From positions 1-37,919 of the forward strand of contig JAAXQI010000216.1 in the NCBI GenBank assembly GCA_012974315.1: a stretch of 37,919 bases of DNA, given 5' to 3'. The position numbers were made by a program, and so were the translations under genes. The stretch comes from Desulfobacterales bacterium. Lineage in GTDB: Bacteria; Desulfobacterota; Desulfobulbia; Desulfobulbales; BM004. Positions within the stretch are counted from its first letter, which is position 1, and every line of letters starts with the position of its first letter. The notes beneath the pieces were generated by a model. It worked only from the letters and a program-made list of their open reading frames with translations. It searched no databases and was not told the DNA's origin. Positions 26,702 to 37,000 of this stretch are shown in pieces.

Positions 26702-27400
26702 TTGGCTTTTTTGCTCCGTTTCCTTCATATCGCAGCAATTTATAAAAGCAGTCCTTTCTTTGGTGTTCTGCCCGGTGATCTTGGTGGTTATGATCGCTGG
26801 GCCAGCACGATTGTCGAGCAGGGATGGCTGGGGGCCTGGACTGCATTGCTGCTGGTTTTGCTGGGTAACAAGATTTTCAACCGGATGACAGGAATAGTGG
26901 CAGGGTTATTGTACGATTTTTATGCGCCGGCAGTTTATTTTGACGGTCTTCTTCTCAAGGTTACCCTGGATGCATTTCTTTTTACCCTGGCAATTTATTT
27001 GTTCCTTCATAAAGATTTAACAGAAGTTGGTTCGAGCCAATACTTTTCCGGCTTTTTTCTTGGCCTGACATGTCTTGTCAGGGCTAATTTCCTTCTCATT
27101 CTTCCCGTGGTTCTGCTGGCAGTGTTGGTGAACCAGAATGCAGTGTTCAGGAAACGTCTTGCCATGACAGTTTTCTTTCTGGCTGGAGTAGTGTCTGCAT
27201 TGGGACCTGTAGTTGCCAGGAACTACTATATAGGCAATGAACTGGTTCTGACAACAGCCCAGGCAGGGCAGAATTTTTATATCGGCCACAACCCTGATGC
27301 AAACGGCACCTATATCAAGTTGCCCTTTGTGCATCCTGATCCCTTGCATGAACAGGAGGATTTTAAAAAAGAAGCTGAAAGAGAAGCGGCAGAACGCTGA
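26702..27400 (+). pseudogene. N-terminal fragment of a GT39/PMT_2-like (ArnT-like) membrane glycosyltransferase with a TPR tail; frameshifted
   Basis: LRFLHIAAIYKSSPFF...GGYDRWAS is the family N-terminus as I recall it. The frame is open back to 26666 without an ATG. An ATG at 26662 lies in a neighbouring frame. The ORF stops at 27398-27400 in the middle of a conserved segment. Confidence 0.6.
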
Positions 27401-27447
27401 GTCCCCCGGAAGTTTCAAGGTACTGGTTTCAACAGTCTATTGAATAT

Positions 27448-28143
27448 ATGCAGGCAAATCCTTTTGCAGATATGAAACTTACAGGCAAGAAACTGTTGTT
27501 GTTTTTCAATAGCTATGAAGTGCCAGATAATCATAATTTTTATTTTCATCAGAAGTATTCAAATATTCTGCAGGTGCTGCCAATCAATTTTGGGCTGGTG
27601 GCACCCTTTTTCCTGCTGGGACTGCTTGGCATGCTGTATGCATGGAGAACAAGTACGGTTTTTCTTTTTTTTACCCAGGTAACCTATATCGCATCTGTCA
27701 TCATATTCTATGTTTTTTCCCGCTATAGAATGCCGGTCCTGCCACTTATCTGCCTGTCGGCAGGATATGGATTTTTCATGCTGCAGAAGCAGTTCCGCAT
27801 GGGGCAGTGGGAAAAACTCGCTGCAAGTTTTGTAATATTGGTGCTGGGATTTATGCTCGTTCACCAACAGATCATCAAGCCCTTTGATTTCAGCCATTCA
27901 TATACCGATGAGGGAGTAGCATATGAAATAAAGGATGATGAACAAGGGGCACTTGCAGCATATGTGCAGGCCCTGGAAATTGACCCGAAATATCTTCGTG
28001 CGCTTGATCGGTTGGGAAAATTGCAGATGCAACGTAAGGATTATAATGAGGCTCGCACAACCTACAGCAAGATTCTAGAAATTGCCCCTGATTCGGTGGA
28101 AGCGAAATACCAGCTCATGTGGCTCGAAAAAAAAGGCTTATAA
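27448..28143 (+). pseudogene. C-terminal fragment of the same GT39/TPR gene (membrane helices plus TPR repeats)
   Basis: This frame is open back to 27379 and there reads KRSGRTLSPPEVSRYWFQQSIEYMQANPF, continuing the protein broken at 27400. The C-terminus ALAAYVQALEIDPKYLRALDRLGKLQMQRKDYNEARTTYSKILEIAPD is TPR. Confidence 0.6.
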
Positions 28144-28177
28144 CTGTGTCAGGGGAGAACATCCGGAATTTGTAGTT

Positions 28178-29542
28178 TCAGCAACCAGTCTGCTTTGCGA
28201 TAAAATCGCAGAGTTCACAGGCCATTTCGTCTATAAGTTTTTCATCTTCACCTTCTATCATGACCCTGATGACCGGTTCAGTTCCGGATGGACGTATCAG
28301 GATGCGGCCTTTGGTGCCAAGGCTTTCTTCTATGGTTATAAGTTTCTTTGAGAATCCGGATATCTGGTCTAAAGCAATTTTCCGGGTGATGCGGACATTT
28401 TTGAGTACCTGGGGGAAAGGTTCCATTATCTGTGTGAGTTCTGAAAGGGGGCGTTCTTTTTTCTTCATGGCAACAAGGAGTTGCAGAGCGCCAAGTATGC
28501 CGTCGCCTGTCGTATTATGTTTGAGAAAAATGAGATGGCCTGACTGTTCTCCGCCAAAGTTATATTTGTTGCGCAGCATTTCCTCTACAACATAACGGTC
28601 ACCGACCTGGGTGCGGACAAGTTTTCCTCCCATGCGCTCCATGGCAACTTCCAGTCCCAGATTGCTCATCACGGTTGCTACTAGAGTGTTTTGTGCAAGT
28701 TTTTGCCGCCCAATCATTTCTTCTGCGCATATGGCCATTATTTGATCGCCATCAACAATTTTACCCTGCTCATCAGATACTATGAGCCGATCACCATCAC
28801 CATCCAGTGCGATGCCAAGGTCTGCTCCTTCATTGCGGACCATTTCTGCCATAACTTCGGGGTGCAGCGCTCCGCATTCATGGTTGATATTCTTGCCGTC
28901 CGGTTGTACCCCGATGCTGGTTACTTTGGCGCCCAGTTCCTCGAAAACATGGGGCGCTACGCCGTACGTGGCCCCATGGGCGCAGTCGAGCACAATATGA
29001 ATGCCATCCAGGGTGTAACGCTTGGGAAAGGTGTTTTTAAGAAAAACTATATAGCGGCCCTTGGCGTCATCAATTCGGGCAGCCTTGCCTACTTCTTCAG
29101 CAACGGGCCGCAGGGAGTCCATTTTTTTTGAGAAGATGAGATCCTCAATAATAGCTTCTTCTCCATCCGGGAGTTTAAAGCCGTCTTTTGAAAAGATTTT
29201 GATGCCATTGTCCTGAAAGGGATTATGCGATGCCGAAATTACTACCCCGGCATCGGCTCTCATGCCAGTAGTTATAAAGGCAATGCCGGGAGTCGGGAGA
29301 GGCCCCACCAGAAGAACATTAACACCCATGGAGCAAATTCCAGAGGCCAGGGCATTCTCAATCATATAACCTGACAGGCGTGTGTCCTTACCAATAACGA
29401 TCCTTGAGCTATGCTCACTGCCTGTTTTCTGCTGTTTTACCAGAAAGGCTATAGCCCTGCCGAGTTGCATGGCTATTTCAGTTGTCATGGGGTAGGTGTT
29501 GGCAACTCCCCTCACCCCGTCTGTTCCAAAAAGTTTTCTCAT
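28178..29542 (-). CDS. glmM: Phosphoglucosamine mutase
   Basis: 454-aa [15 protein letters not shown], the active-site [18 protein letters not shown] and GGEQSGH are present. Its start overlaps the upstream stop (ATGA). Confidence 0.96.
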   Translation of the reverse strand: MRKLFGTDGVRGVANTYPMTTEIAMQLGRAIAFLVKQQKTGSEHSSRIVIGKDTRLSGYMIENALASGICSMGVNVLLVGPLPTPGIAFITTGMRADAGVVISASHNPFQDNGIKIFSKDGFKLPDGEEAIIEDLIFSKKMDSLRPVAEEVGKAARIDDAKGRYIVFLKNTFPKRYTLDGIHIVLDCAHGATYGVAPHVFEELGAKVTSIGVQPDGKNINHECGALHPEVMAEMVRNEGADLGIALDGDGDRLIVSDEQGKIVDGDQIMAICAEEMIGRQKLAQNTLVATVMSNLGLEVAMERMGGKLVRTQVGDRYVVEEMLRNKYNFGGEQSGHLIFLKHNTTGDGILGALQLLVAMKKKERPLSELTQIMEPFPQVLKNVRITRKIALDQISGFSKKLITIEESLGTKGRILIRPSGTEPVIRVMIEGEDEKLIDEMACELCDFIAKQTGC

Positions 29543-30528
29543 TTCTTGATTTTCAGTTTTCTGGTCTCGTTAATTTCAAGAGTCACTGTATCTGGCGACA
29601 CTGAAAGAATTTTAACTTGTGGGGGGGCATCAACCTGAACTTTGAGTTTCAAAGTGCTGTTCTTCAGGGTTTCAGGGATAATTTTTGCCTGGAAAAGATT
29701 TTTTAATTCGCCTGGTTTCTGGATCATTCGTTGAGGGATTTCAGCAGTAATAGTGATAGTTGGAGGTTTGATCTGGTAAATGGTCTCTGTTTCTTTGCCG
29801 CCAGTATGGTCAAATTCCACAGGAATGTCTGAAAGTTTAACTTCCTTTTTCAGTTCAACTATATTTATTCTGACGCCCACAATCGGTTCGCCAATGAGAT
29901 CTGCGATCTCCGGCTGCAAGTCAAGTGGAACCTGTTTGACAGTGGACTGTTTCATGCCATTGATATCTATGGGGATGGTATTCAATATTTGAGCCTTTCC
30001 CAGAACAGCCTGGGGGCCGCTTATTTCCAGAGTCGGTGGGTCAGGGATTACTGAGCCCAGCATGTAATCCTTATCAACTTTACCGACAAGGATAGGCTTG
30101 ATAGACAATTCTTTCTGAATAAGTTGATCAAGTAAAAGAGTAAGAGTCGGAGGCTGGATTCGTAAAATGGACAAGCCGCGGGGAAGTTTAATGGAGTCAG
30201 GCTGATTCTGTTTAACTACTGTTCCCGGGGTTGCATCTGAAAGATCGATGGACCTGCTGATATGTTGTTCAGTCAAAGCCCGAATAAGGCTGCGTTGGCC
30301 GCTTATGGTTACTTCAAGCTGCTTTTTGAACTGGTTGGAAATAACCAGGTCACGTGGAAGATTGACAATTTCCACCGGTATGGTGACATTCATGTCCACC
30401 TTGTCCTCACCAACTACAAAATACCAGAGAAAAAGAGCGAAGAAGAAAGACAGGAGCATCAGGGCCCAGTTTTTCGGTCTTGGCACAGATGTAAGATTGT
30501 CAATTATTTGGCGAACCAGTTTTTCCAT
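29539..30528 (-). CDS. cdaR: YbbR-domain protein (CdaR, regulator of diadenylate cyclase CdaA)
   Basis: 329-aa ORF. It has an N-terminal TM helix ([19 protein letters not shown]) and repeated YbbR-like beta domains. It sits between cdaA and glmM, as in the canonical operon. Confidence 0.82.
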   Translation of the reverse strand: MEKLVRQIIDNLTSVPRPKNWALMLLSFFFALFLWYFVVGEDKVDMNVTIPVEIVNLPRDLVISNQFKKQLEVTISGQRSLIRALTEQHISRSIDLSDATPGTVVKQNQPDSIKLPRGLSILRIQPPTLTLLLDQLIQKELSIKPILVGKVDKDYMLGSVIPDPPTLEISGPQAVLGKAQILNTIPIDINGMKQSTVKQVPLDLQPEIADLIGEPIVGVRINIVELKKEVKLSDIPVEFDHTGGKETETIYQIKPPTITITAEIPQRMIQKPGELKNLFQAKIIPETLKNSTLKLKVQVDAPPQVKILSVSPDTVTLEINETRKLKIKK

Positions 30529-31295
30529 AGTTGTGGCTGAGATTCCCGTGGTATAAATATTTCTTCAAGTTTATTCAGTAAAATCGTTTCATCTGAGATA
30601 GTCGTTATAGAACCGTGTTGGATCAGTGAAATTTCCTGGGTTTCCTCCGAGATAACCACTATAACAGCATCCGTTTCCTCAGAAAGTCCAATGGCAGCCC
30701 GATGCCTGGTGCCGTAACGTTTGTTGATATAGGGATTCTTGGTCAAAGGCAGGAGGCAGCCAGCAGTATGAATACGGTCGTTATGGATGATTACCCCGCC
30801 GTCATGGAGAGGTGAGGAGGGTAGAAAAAGGCTCACAAGCAGTTCCGTTGTGAGTCTGGCATCAATTCTGTGCCCGGATCCAACGTAATCTCTTAAACCG
30901 GTTTCCCTTTCAATGACGATGAGTCCGCCAATCCTGCGTCTGGAAAGGTAGCGTGCACTGGCTACAATAACCTGAATGGTGTTTTGCAAGGCATCGTCGT
31001 AGGTCTTGTAGAATGGTGTTTTGCCAACCTGGGTGAGTGCCCGCCTGATATCTCTTTGAAAAACGATAATTGTGATGAGGAAAATTGAACTCAAAAGGGT
31101 ACGGAGCAACCAATAGAGTGTGAGTAGTTCAAGTTCACGGGCCCCGAAATAAATAACGATAAGTACAGCGATGCCGATGAGCATCTGTACTGCTCTGGTT
31201 CCGCGTATGAGAAGAATGGTGCGGTAGATGATGAACGATACCAGCAGAATATCAACTATGTCCTGCCATCGTATAAATTGTATTACATCACCCAT
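30504..31295 (-). CDS. cdaA: Diadenylate cyclase CdaA (DisA_N/DAC domain, three N-terminal TM helices)
   Basis: 263-aa ORF. GGLIVIERETGL, HDGGVII and YGTRHRAAIGLSEETDAVIVVISEETQEISL are DAC-domain signatures. It overlaps the cdaR start by 25 nt. Confidence 0.93.
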   Translation of the reverse strand: MGDVIQFIRWQDIVDILLVSFIIYRTILLIRGTRAVQMLIGIAVLIVIYFGARELELLTLYWLLRTLLSSIFLITIIVFQRDIRRALTQVGKTPFYKTYDDALQNTIQVIVASARYLSRRRIGGLIVIERETGLRDYVGSGHRIDARLTTELLVSLFLPSSPLHDGGVIIHNDRIHTAGCLLPLTKNPYINKRYGTRHRAAIGLSEETDAVIVVISEETQEISLIQHGSITTISDETILLNKLEEIFIPRESQPQLWKNWFAK

Positions 31296-31555
31296 AATAT
31301 TTTCACTGCATTGTTACGGCATGGCCAACAGGTTTAAAAGAAAACTTCGAAGTATTGAATAAATCCTCTGCAAAACAGGTATCTGTATTAATTAAAACAA
31401 CTTATTAGGCAATTTTACAAGGGAAGAAATTATTTTTTTAAAATAATTTGTGAAATTACGATAAACTATAAAAGTTCCTGTCTCTGATAGAATGTTTTCT
31501 AAGAATAAGCTTTGATTGCCTCAAGTTTGAAACAATATGCAGGGAGGATTAAATA

Positions 31556-32134
31556 ATGCTTTATGATCTGGTGCGTAAAACAAGGAGTTTCAGGCGCTTT
31601 CAGCAGGAGGAAGTAATTGATATGGAGATATTGAAGTCTTTTGTTGATCTGGCGCGCCTGGGAGGATCTGCAAGAAATGTTCAGCCGTTAAAATATATGT
31701 TGGTCAATGCACCTGTTTTTAATGCACAAATTTTCCCGCATCTGTTCTGGGCGGGGTATTTAAAGGACTGGCCAGGGCCGGAAGAAGGGGAAAGGCCCTC
31801 AGCATACATAATCTGTTTACTCGACACCAGTTTGAGCAATGAGGCAGAGTGTGACCTGGGCATTGCAACCCAGAACATATTACTTGGTGCTGCTGAAAAG
31901 GGATTGGGGGGCTGCCGCATAGCTTCATTTTCACCTGAGCTCAAAGATGTGCTTGCTGTTGAAGGGCATTTACGGATTCTTATGGTCTTAGCCTTGGGAA
32001 GGGCTGTGGAAAAGGTTTTTCTTGATAAACGTAAGCCGGAAGGAGACATAAAATATTGGCGTGATGCAGATCAGATCCACCATGTACCAAAACGATCTCT
32101 TGAAGAAATTATAGCTGGTGAGATTGCAGCTTAA
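31556..32134 (+). CDS. Nitroreductase family protein
   Basis: 192-aa ORF behind a GGGAGG SD. TRSFRRF, SARNVQPLKYMLV and a nitroreductase-like length and layout are present. Confidence 0.88.
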   Translation: MLYDLVRKTRSFRRFQQEEVIDMEILKSFVDLARLGGSARNVQPLKYMLVNAPVFNAQIFPHLFWAGYLKDWPGPEEGERPSAYIICLLDTSLSNEAECDLGIATQNILLGAAEKGLGGCRIASFSPELKDVLAVEGHLRILMVLALGRAVEKVFLDKRKPEGDIKYWRDADQIHHVPKRSLEEIIAGEIAA

Positions 32135-32137
32135 TTA

Positions 32138-34036
32138 TTAAATGTTGTTCCCCCAGAGTGTTTCTGCCAGTCCCGATGTTCGTGTAATCTGTCGTTTTAC
32201 TGCCCGGCAAAACACATCCTTCCTGCCCCAGATTTCAACCTTTTCTCTGGCTCTTGTAATAGCTGTGTAGAGTAACTCCCTTGTCAGGAGAGGGGAATCC
32301 TGGTCCGGCAGAATGAGCAGCACCCTGTCAAATTCCGATCCCTGGCTCTTATGGACCGTCATGGCAAAAACCGTTTCATGGGCAGGAAGCAGGGGTAAGG
32401 CAATACCCCTGAGGGTCCCTGATTCTTCCCTGAAATAAACTCGCAGTGCGTCTTCCCTGTTTGGATCCGGCAGGATAATTCCGACATCTCCGTTGAAAAG
32501 CTGAAGAGTGTAGTCATTCTGGGTAACCATAACGGGCTGTCCTGCCAGAAAAGAGGGTGCACGCTCACGCTTCAAAGAATTTGTTTTGGAAAGGTTGCCG
32601 CTGGCAAACTGATGCGTCAAAATGGTATTTATTTTTTGCATACCATACGGCCCGCTACGAAGACCGCAGAGGATACGGCAACTGTCCATAACTGCAAAAC
32701 AATCCTCTGGTTCCCGAGTATGCTGCATTGAAACATACTGGGAAAATCCGGACCAGCCTTGCAACTTTCTCTCAAGTTCTGCTGAGGCAGGAATTTCTGA
32801 CCAGGAAACCTGGTTGTTTTCTTCTGCAAGCAGTAGATCCAAGGCTCCATCTTCATCTCCCGCTTTTACAGCCTTACTGAGTCTGGCTATTCCGCTTTCA
32901 TTTGAAAATCTGTAATTTTCAACGAGTTCAACAAACGAATCCTGTAAACCAGGAGAAGGTATTTTTATGGTGCACTTCGATGCAGGTGGAAGGATTTCGA
33001 CCGAGAGCTCCAAAGTTTGCTGGCAGAATGTGTTGGAAAAACAGTTCATAACTTCTGAGCGGCAGATATCACCAAGAACTGAGCCTGGCTGCACAGAGGC
33101 TAACTGGTGTCTGTCGCCAAGAAGAATAAGCCTTGTTAAATCTGGCACTGCCTGCATGAGTTTTGCCATCAAAGGCAGATCAACCATGGAAGCTTCATCA
33201 ATTACTATGACATCCGCAGCAAGATGATTTTCAGTATTATGTCTGAAATATGGAGAATGGGGTATGGTCCCCAGCATTCGATGCAGTGTGGTGGCCTGGG
33301 GCAGCTCTATTGTTTTTTGCAATAAATCTGTTGAGATAATTGCTTCCTGCAGCCGGGAAGCAGCCTTTCCCGTTGGGGCACCTAATAGTATGCGCAATTT
33401 TTGTTTGTCTTCATACTGACCGAGCAACAGGGCAAGAATTTTGGCAACGGTGGAAGTTTTGCCAGTGCCGGGGCCTCCGCTGATAACACTGAATGAACGT
33501 GTGACTGCCATTATGGCTGCAATTTTCTGCCAGTCAGTTTTTCCAGGGGAAGGCGGCTTGAAAAGCTTCTGTACATCCCTTGTAAGCCTGGGGTAATTTA
33601 TATCAGGTAAAACAGTTTTTGCCCGTTCTTGAATGAAATGGAGAATAGATTTTTCGTACTCCCAGTAGCGGCGCAGATACAGTCTGCCTCCAAGGTCAAG
33701 AACAAGGGGTGTGTTTCCCTGGCCATGTCCGACCAGGCCACTCTTCATGAGTTGCTCGGCCCAGTCAGAAAAAGCCGGGCAGACAAATTGTTCAGAGACA
33801 TCTTCATGGGAGTTTAGGGGAAGAACCTTTCCTGCGTACTCTGCAAGATCAAGGCAGATGTTGCCTTCACCTGTCTTGTAGCTGACAAGTGCAGCAGCCA
33901 GGGGAACTCCAGGGGAGTTAGTTTGCGCCAACCTTGCTATGAAATTGGCAAAGTGGATATCAAGGCTTGAAAACAGATTAGTATCTGAAAGTATTGCCTG
34001 GTGGCTCTTATTCGTATGAGTTATTCCAAGTGTCAT
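32138..34036 (-). CDS. recD: Exodeoxyribonuclease V alpha subunit
   Basis: 632-aa ORF. It has Walker A ISGGPGTGKTS, VIVIDEASMVD, LILLGDRHQLASV, and the C-terminal AMTVHKSQGSEF...LLYTAITRAR. It lies 24 nt downstream of recB. Confidence 0.92.
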   Translation of the reverse strand: MTLGITHTNKSHQAILSDTNLFSSLDIHFANFIARLAQTNSPGVPLAAALVSYKTGEGNICLDLAEYAGKVLPLNSHEDVSEQFVCPAFSDWAEQLMKSGLVGHGQGNTPLVLDLGGRLYLRRYWEYEKSILHFIQERAKTVLPDINYPRLTRDVQKLFKPPSPGKTDWQKIAAIMAVTRSFSVISGGPGTGKTSTVAKILALLLGQYEDKQKLRILLGAPTGKAASRLQEAIISTDLLQKTIELPQATTLHRMLGTIPHSPYFRHNTENHLAADVIVIDEASMVDLPLMAKLMQAVPDLTRLILLGDRHQLASVQPGSVLGDICRSEVMNCFSNTFCQQTLELSVEILPPASKCTIKIPSPGLQDSFVELVENYRFSNESGIARLSKAVKAGDEDGALDLLLAEENNQVSWSEIPASAELERKLQGWSGFSQYVSMQHTREPEDCFAVMDSCRILCGLRSGPYGMQKINTILTHQFASGNLSKTNSLKRERAPSFLAGQPVMVTQNDYTLQLFNGDVGIILPDPNREDALRVYFREESGTLRGIALPLLPAHETVFAMTVHKSQGSEFDRVLLILPDQDSPLLTRELLYTAITRAREKVEIWGRKDVFCRAVKRQITRTSGLAETLWGNNI

Positions 34037-34060
34037 GGTGTTGTGGATTCTTAATTTCAG

Positions 34061-37000
34061 CTAGCTGCTTTTTGCAAGAAGCGTTTCCGTAAAATTTTCT
34101 ATCATGGAGGGGTCAGGAAGGTCGTAGAAAATGGAGTGACCTGGTCCCTGGTTTTGATCAACACCTCTTAAGAAAATATAAAAAGCCCCACCGAAATGGG
34201 TTTCATACCGGTATTCAGGTAAACGATTTTTCAGGTAAAGGTGCAGGGCAATACAGTAAAGATGGTATTGCAGAAAGTAGAATCCCGAATATATTGCATC
34301 AGTCAATCTGTCGTTATGATAATTCTCAACATGGGAACCAAGGTAATTGGATTTCCAGTCCACCAGATAGAATTTGCCCTGAAATTCAAAGACAAGATCG
34401 ATAAATCCTTTCATGAAGCCCCTGGCAGGAGAAAATGTCAGTCTATCGAGTTGCTGCTCCATGAGAGATCCGGTCATGGAAGAAGTGTTTTTCATACTAT
34501 GCTGGCTGAAAACGGTTTTTAAACTTTCAGGGGTTATCCGGGAGAGCGGAAAATAGAATTCCAGCTCATGCAGACAGTTATTTGAGGAAATACTGGAAAG
34601 TGTCAGGTCTGGAATATTTTTATGCAGAACAACCTTGCTCAGATTGATAAGCATTTCAACTATGGCAGGATGCCAGGCTGGATCATATCCGAAGGAGAGG
34701 AGTTTTTCGTATATGATTTTATCCGTTGCAGTTTGATTGACTGCGCCAAAGTCAACCTGTTCAAGTAGTTCATGCAGCATGGTTCCCGCTTCAGCTCCAT
34801 GGGGAAAGGAAAAAATGTCATGTTTTACTTCCCCGTGGAACTGGTGGTTTTGCTCTTCATCCGGTTTTTGTATTGCAGAAAAATCATCCTGCCCTGGAAT
34901 AACTTCCTGAATATCTGAAGTGAATTGTTCCGCTGCTGATTTATAGGTTGCGAGGGCTGAAAAGCTGCTGATTTTCCAGTCAGAAGCTATGGTGCCGGTA
35001 AAACTCCTGGGGTTGAGTGGAATGGATTCGTTTTCTGTTTGAAAGGGATAGGTCCCAACCTTCTCAAAGACAGAAGATAGCCTGATCGTGCCTTCAGAAT
35101 CCTCGGCCAGTTCTTTAAGATCAGCAAGAAAATTGTTGTCTGACAACTTCAGAAACCTGGCCGCAGTTTTTTGGATAAGATCATTGTCAGCCTTGAGGGC
35201 TGTATCAGCTTGCTGTGGAACTGCGGTCTCCGCAACTCCTTGATGCAGGAGGTAGGCAGGTGCAGAGGATTCAGCTCCTTTGATCTGACCCCACACAAGA
35301 TAGCAGCGATGGATAGCCCTGGTAACGGCAACATAGAGCAGTCGGAGGTTTTCAGCCATTTCCTCCTGCATGGCCAGCTGCAGGTGTGTTTCCAACTCCG
35401 GAGAACCTCCATCAAAGATAAGCTCTGTCCTGTTGTCAGTTTTTTTCTGCTGGTGAAAAATACATCCTTTGCCGGGGGGTAATCTTGAGCCTTCCCAGGT
35501 GAATGGACAGAAGACCACGGAATATTCAAGGCCTTTTGCCTTATGAATTGTAACAATTTTTACTCGGTCAGCGTCACTTTCCAACCGCAGCTGCTGTTCA
35601 GTGGTTTTAGCCTGATCTCCTGCCAGCCGGTCATGCAGGTATCCCAGCAGTGCTGTCATGTTCATACCTTGTTCACATGCCTCCTGGTGGAGAATTTCTG
35701 CAAGGTGCAGGATATTGGTGAGGCTGCGCTCGCCATTTTCAAAACCAAGAATTTTTGCCCGTATCCGGTTTTCAGCCATAATGGTCCAGAACATCTGTAT
35801 AAAACCGTAACGGTTCCATAGTGCATGGTAGGCTTTGAAACGTGTCAGCCAGTGCTCAATAACTCCTTCAGTTGCAGAAGAAGATAATTCAATATCATTT
35901 GCCTGCAGGCCAATCAGACGGGTAAGGAGCCCGGTTTTTACTTTGCGTATGTCGTGTGGTGCTGCAACAGCTTCAAGCAGCAGTGCAATTTCCCTGGCTT
36001 CGTCGGAAGTAAATAAATTGTCTCCGCTGTGCAAAACACTGGGCACCTGACATTTTGTCAGAGCCTGCTGCATTTTTCTGGCTTCATCATTTTTTCGCAC
36101 CAGAATTGCAATGTCCCCTGGATGGAGTTTTTCGCCGTTAATGCAGGCCCTGTTTTCTGCAGCAAGAGTAAGGAGCCTTGTGACTTCTGAAGCGACAGCA
36201 GTAATGATGGTTCGCCGGGCAGTGGTTTTGGTTAGATGGACCGTTTTCTTATTTGCCGAACGTACAGTTTCTTCTTTAACCGGTGAGTTATCCAGGTGCC
36301 ATAATATAAAAGGGGCTTCCTGTTGGCCATCGATGGTCAGGCATTCCGGTTGTATTTTTGGGGCTGAGGATACAGGCTGAAATGAAATAGCATCAAAGAT
36401 AAAAGGTTTCTGACTCCTGCCAAATAAAGTATTAGCCGCTGTTACAAGTTCAGGGATTGAGCGGTGATTGACACCTAAGGTGTAGTGGGAAACAAGTCTG
36501 GATGCAGCAGCATCCATATAGGTAAAAATGTCAGCTCCCCGAAAGCTGTAAATTGCCTGTTTGGGGTCACCAATGAGAAAAAGAAGGGACTGTTTTTTGT
36601 ATATTGCTGAGAAAATTTCAAACTGTAAAGGGTCAGTATCCTGAAATTCGTCAATCAGAACAGCCGGGTATTTCTGTGCCACTGCGCGGGCAAAATCCGG
36701 TCCTCCTGGTCCTGAAAAAGCTTCATGGAGTCTCCGGAGCAGATCGTCAAAAGAAAAGATGTTGTCCCTTTTTTTTCGCAGGTCGAACTCATGATAGAAA
36801 TTGTCGGTGAGTTTCTTTTTAATAGCCAGGAGACATCGGTCATACTGGCTCGACAGGTTGGATTGAATCTGCAGCAGGTTTTCGCAGATTTCATAGAAAG
36901 GTAATATATTGGGAGTTTCATTTAACTTGGTAGCAGCACTTATCTTGCTGCTGGTGAAGTATGCAAATGCATCAAACAGGTAAAGGGAAGGACGGCAGGA

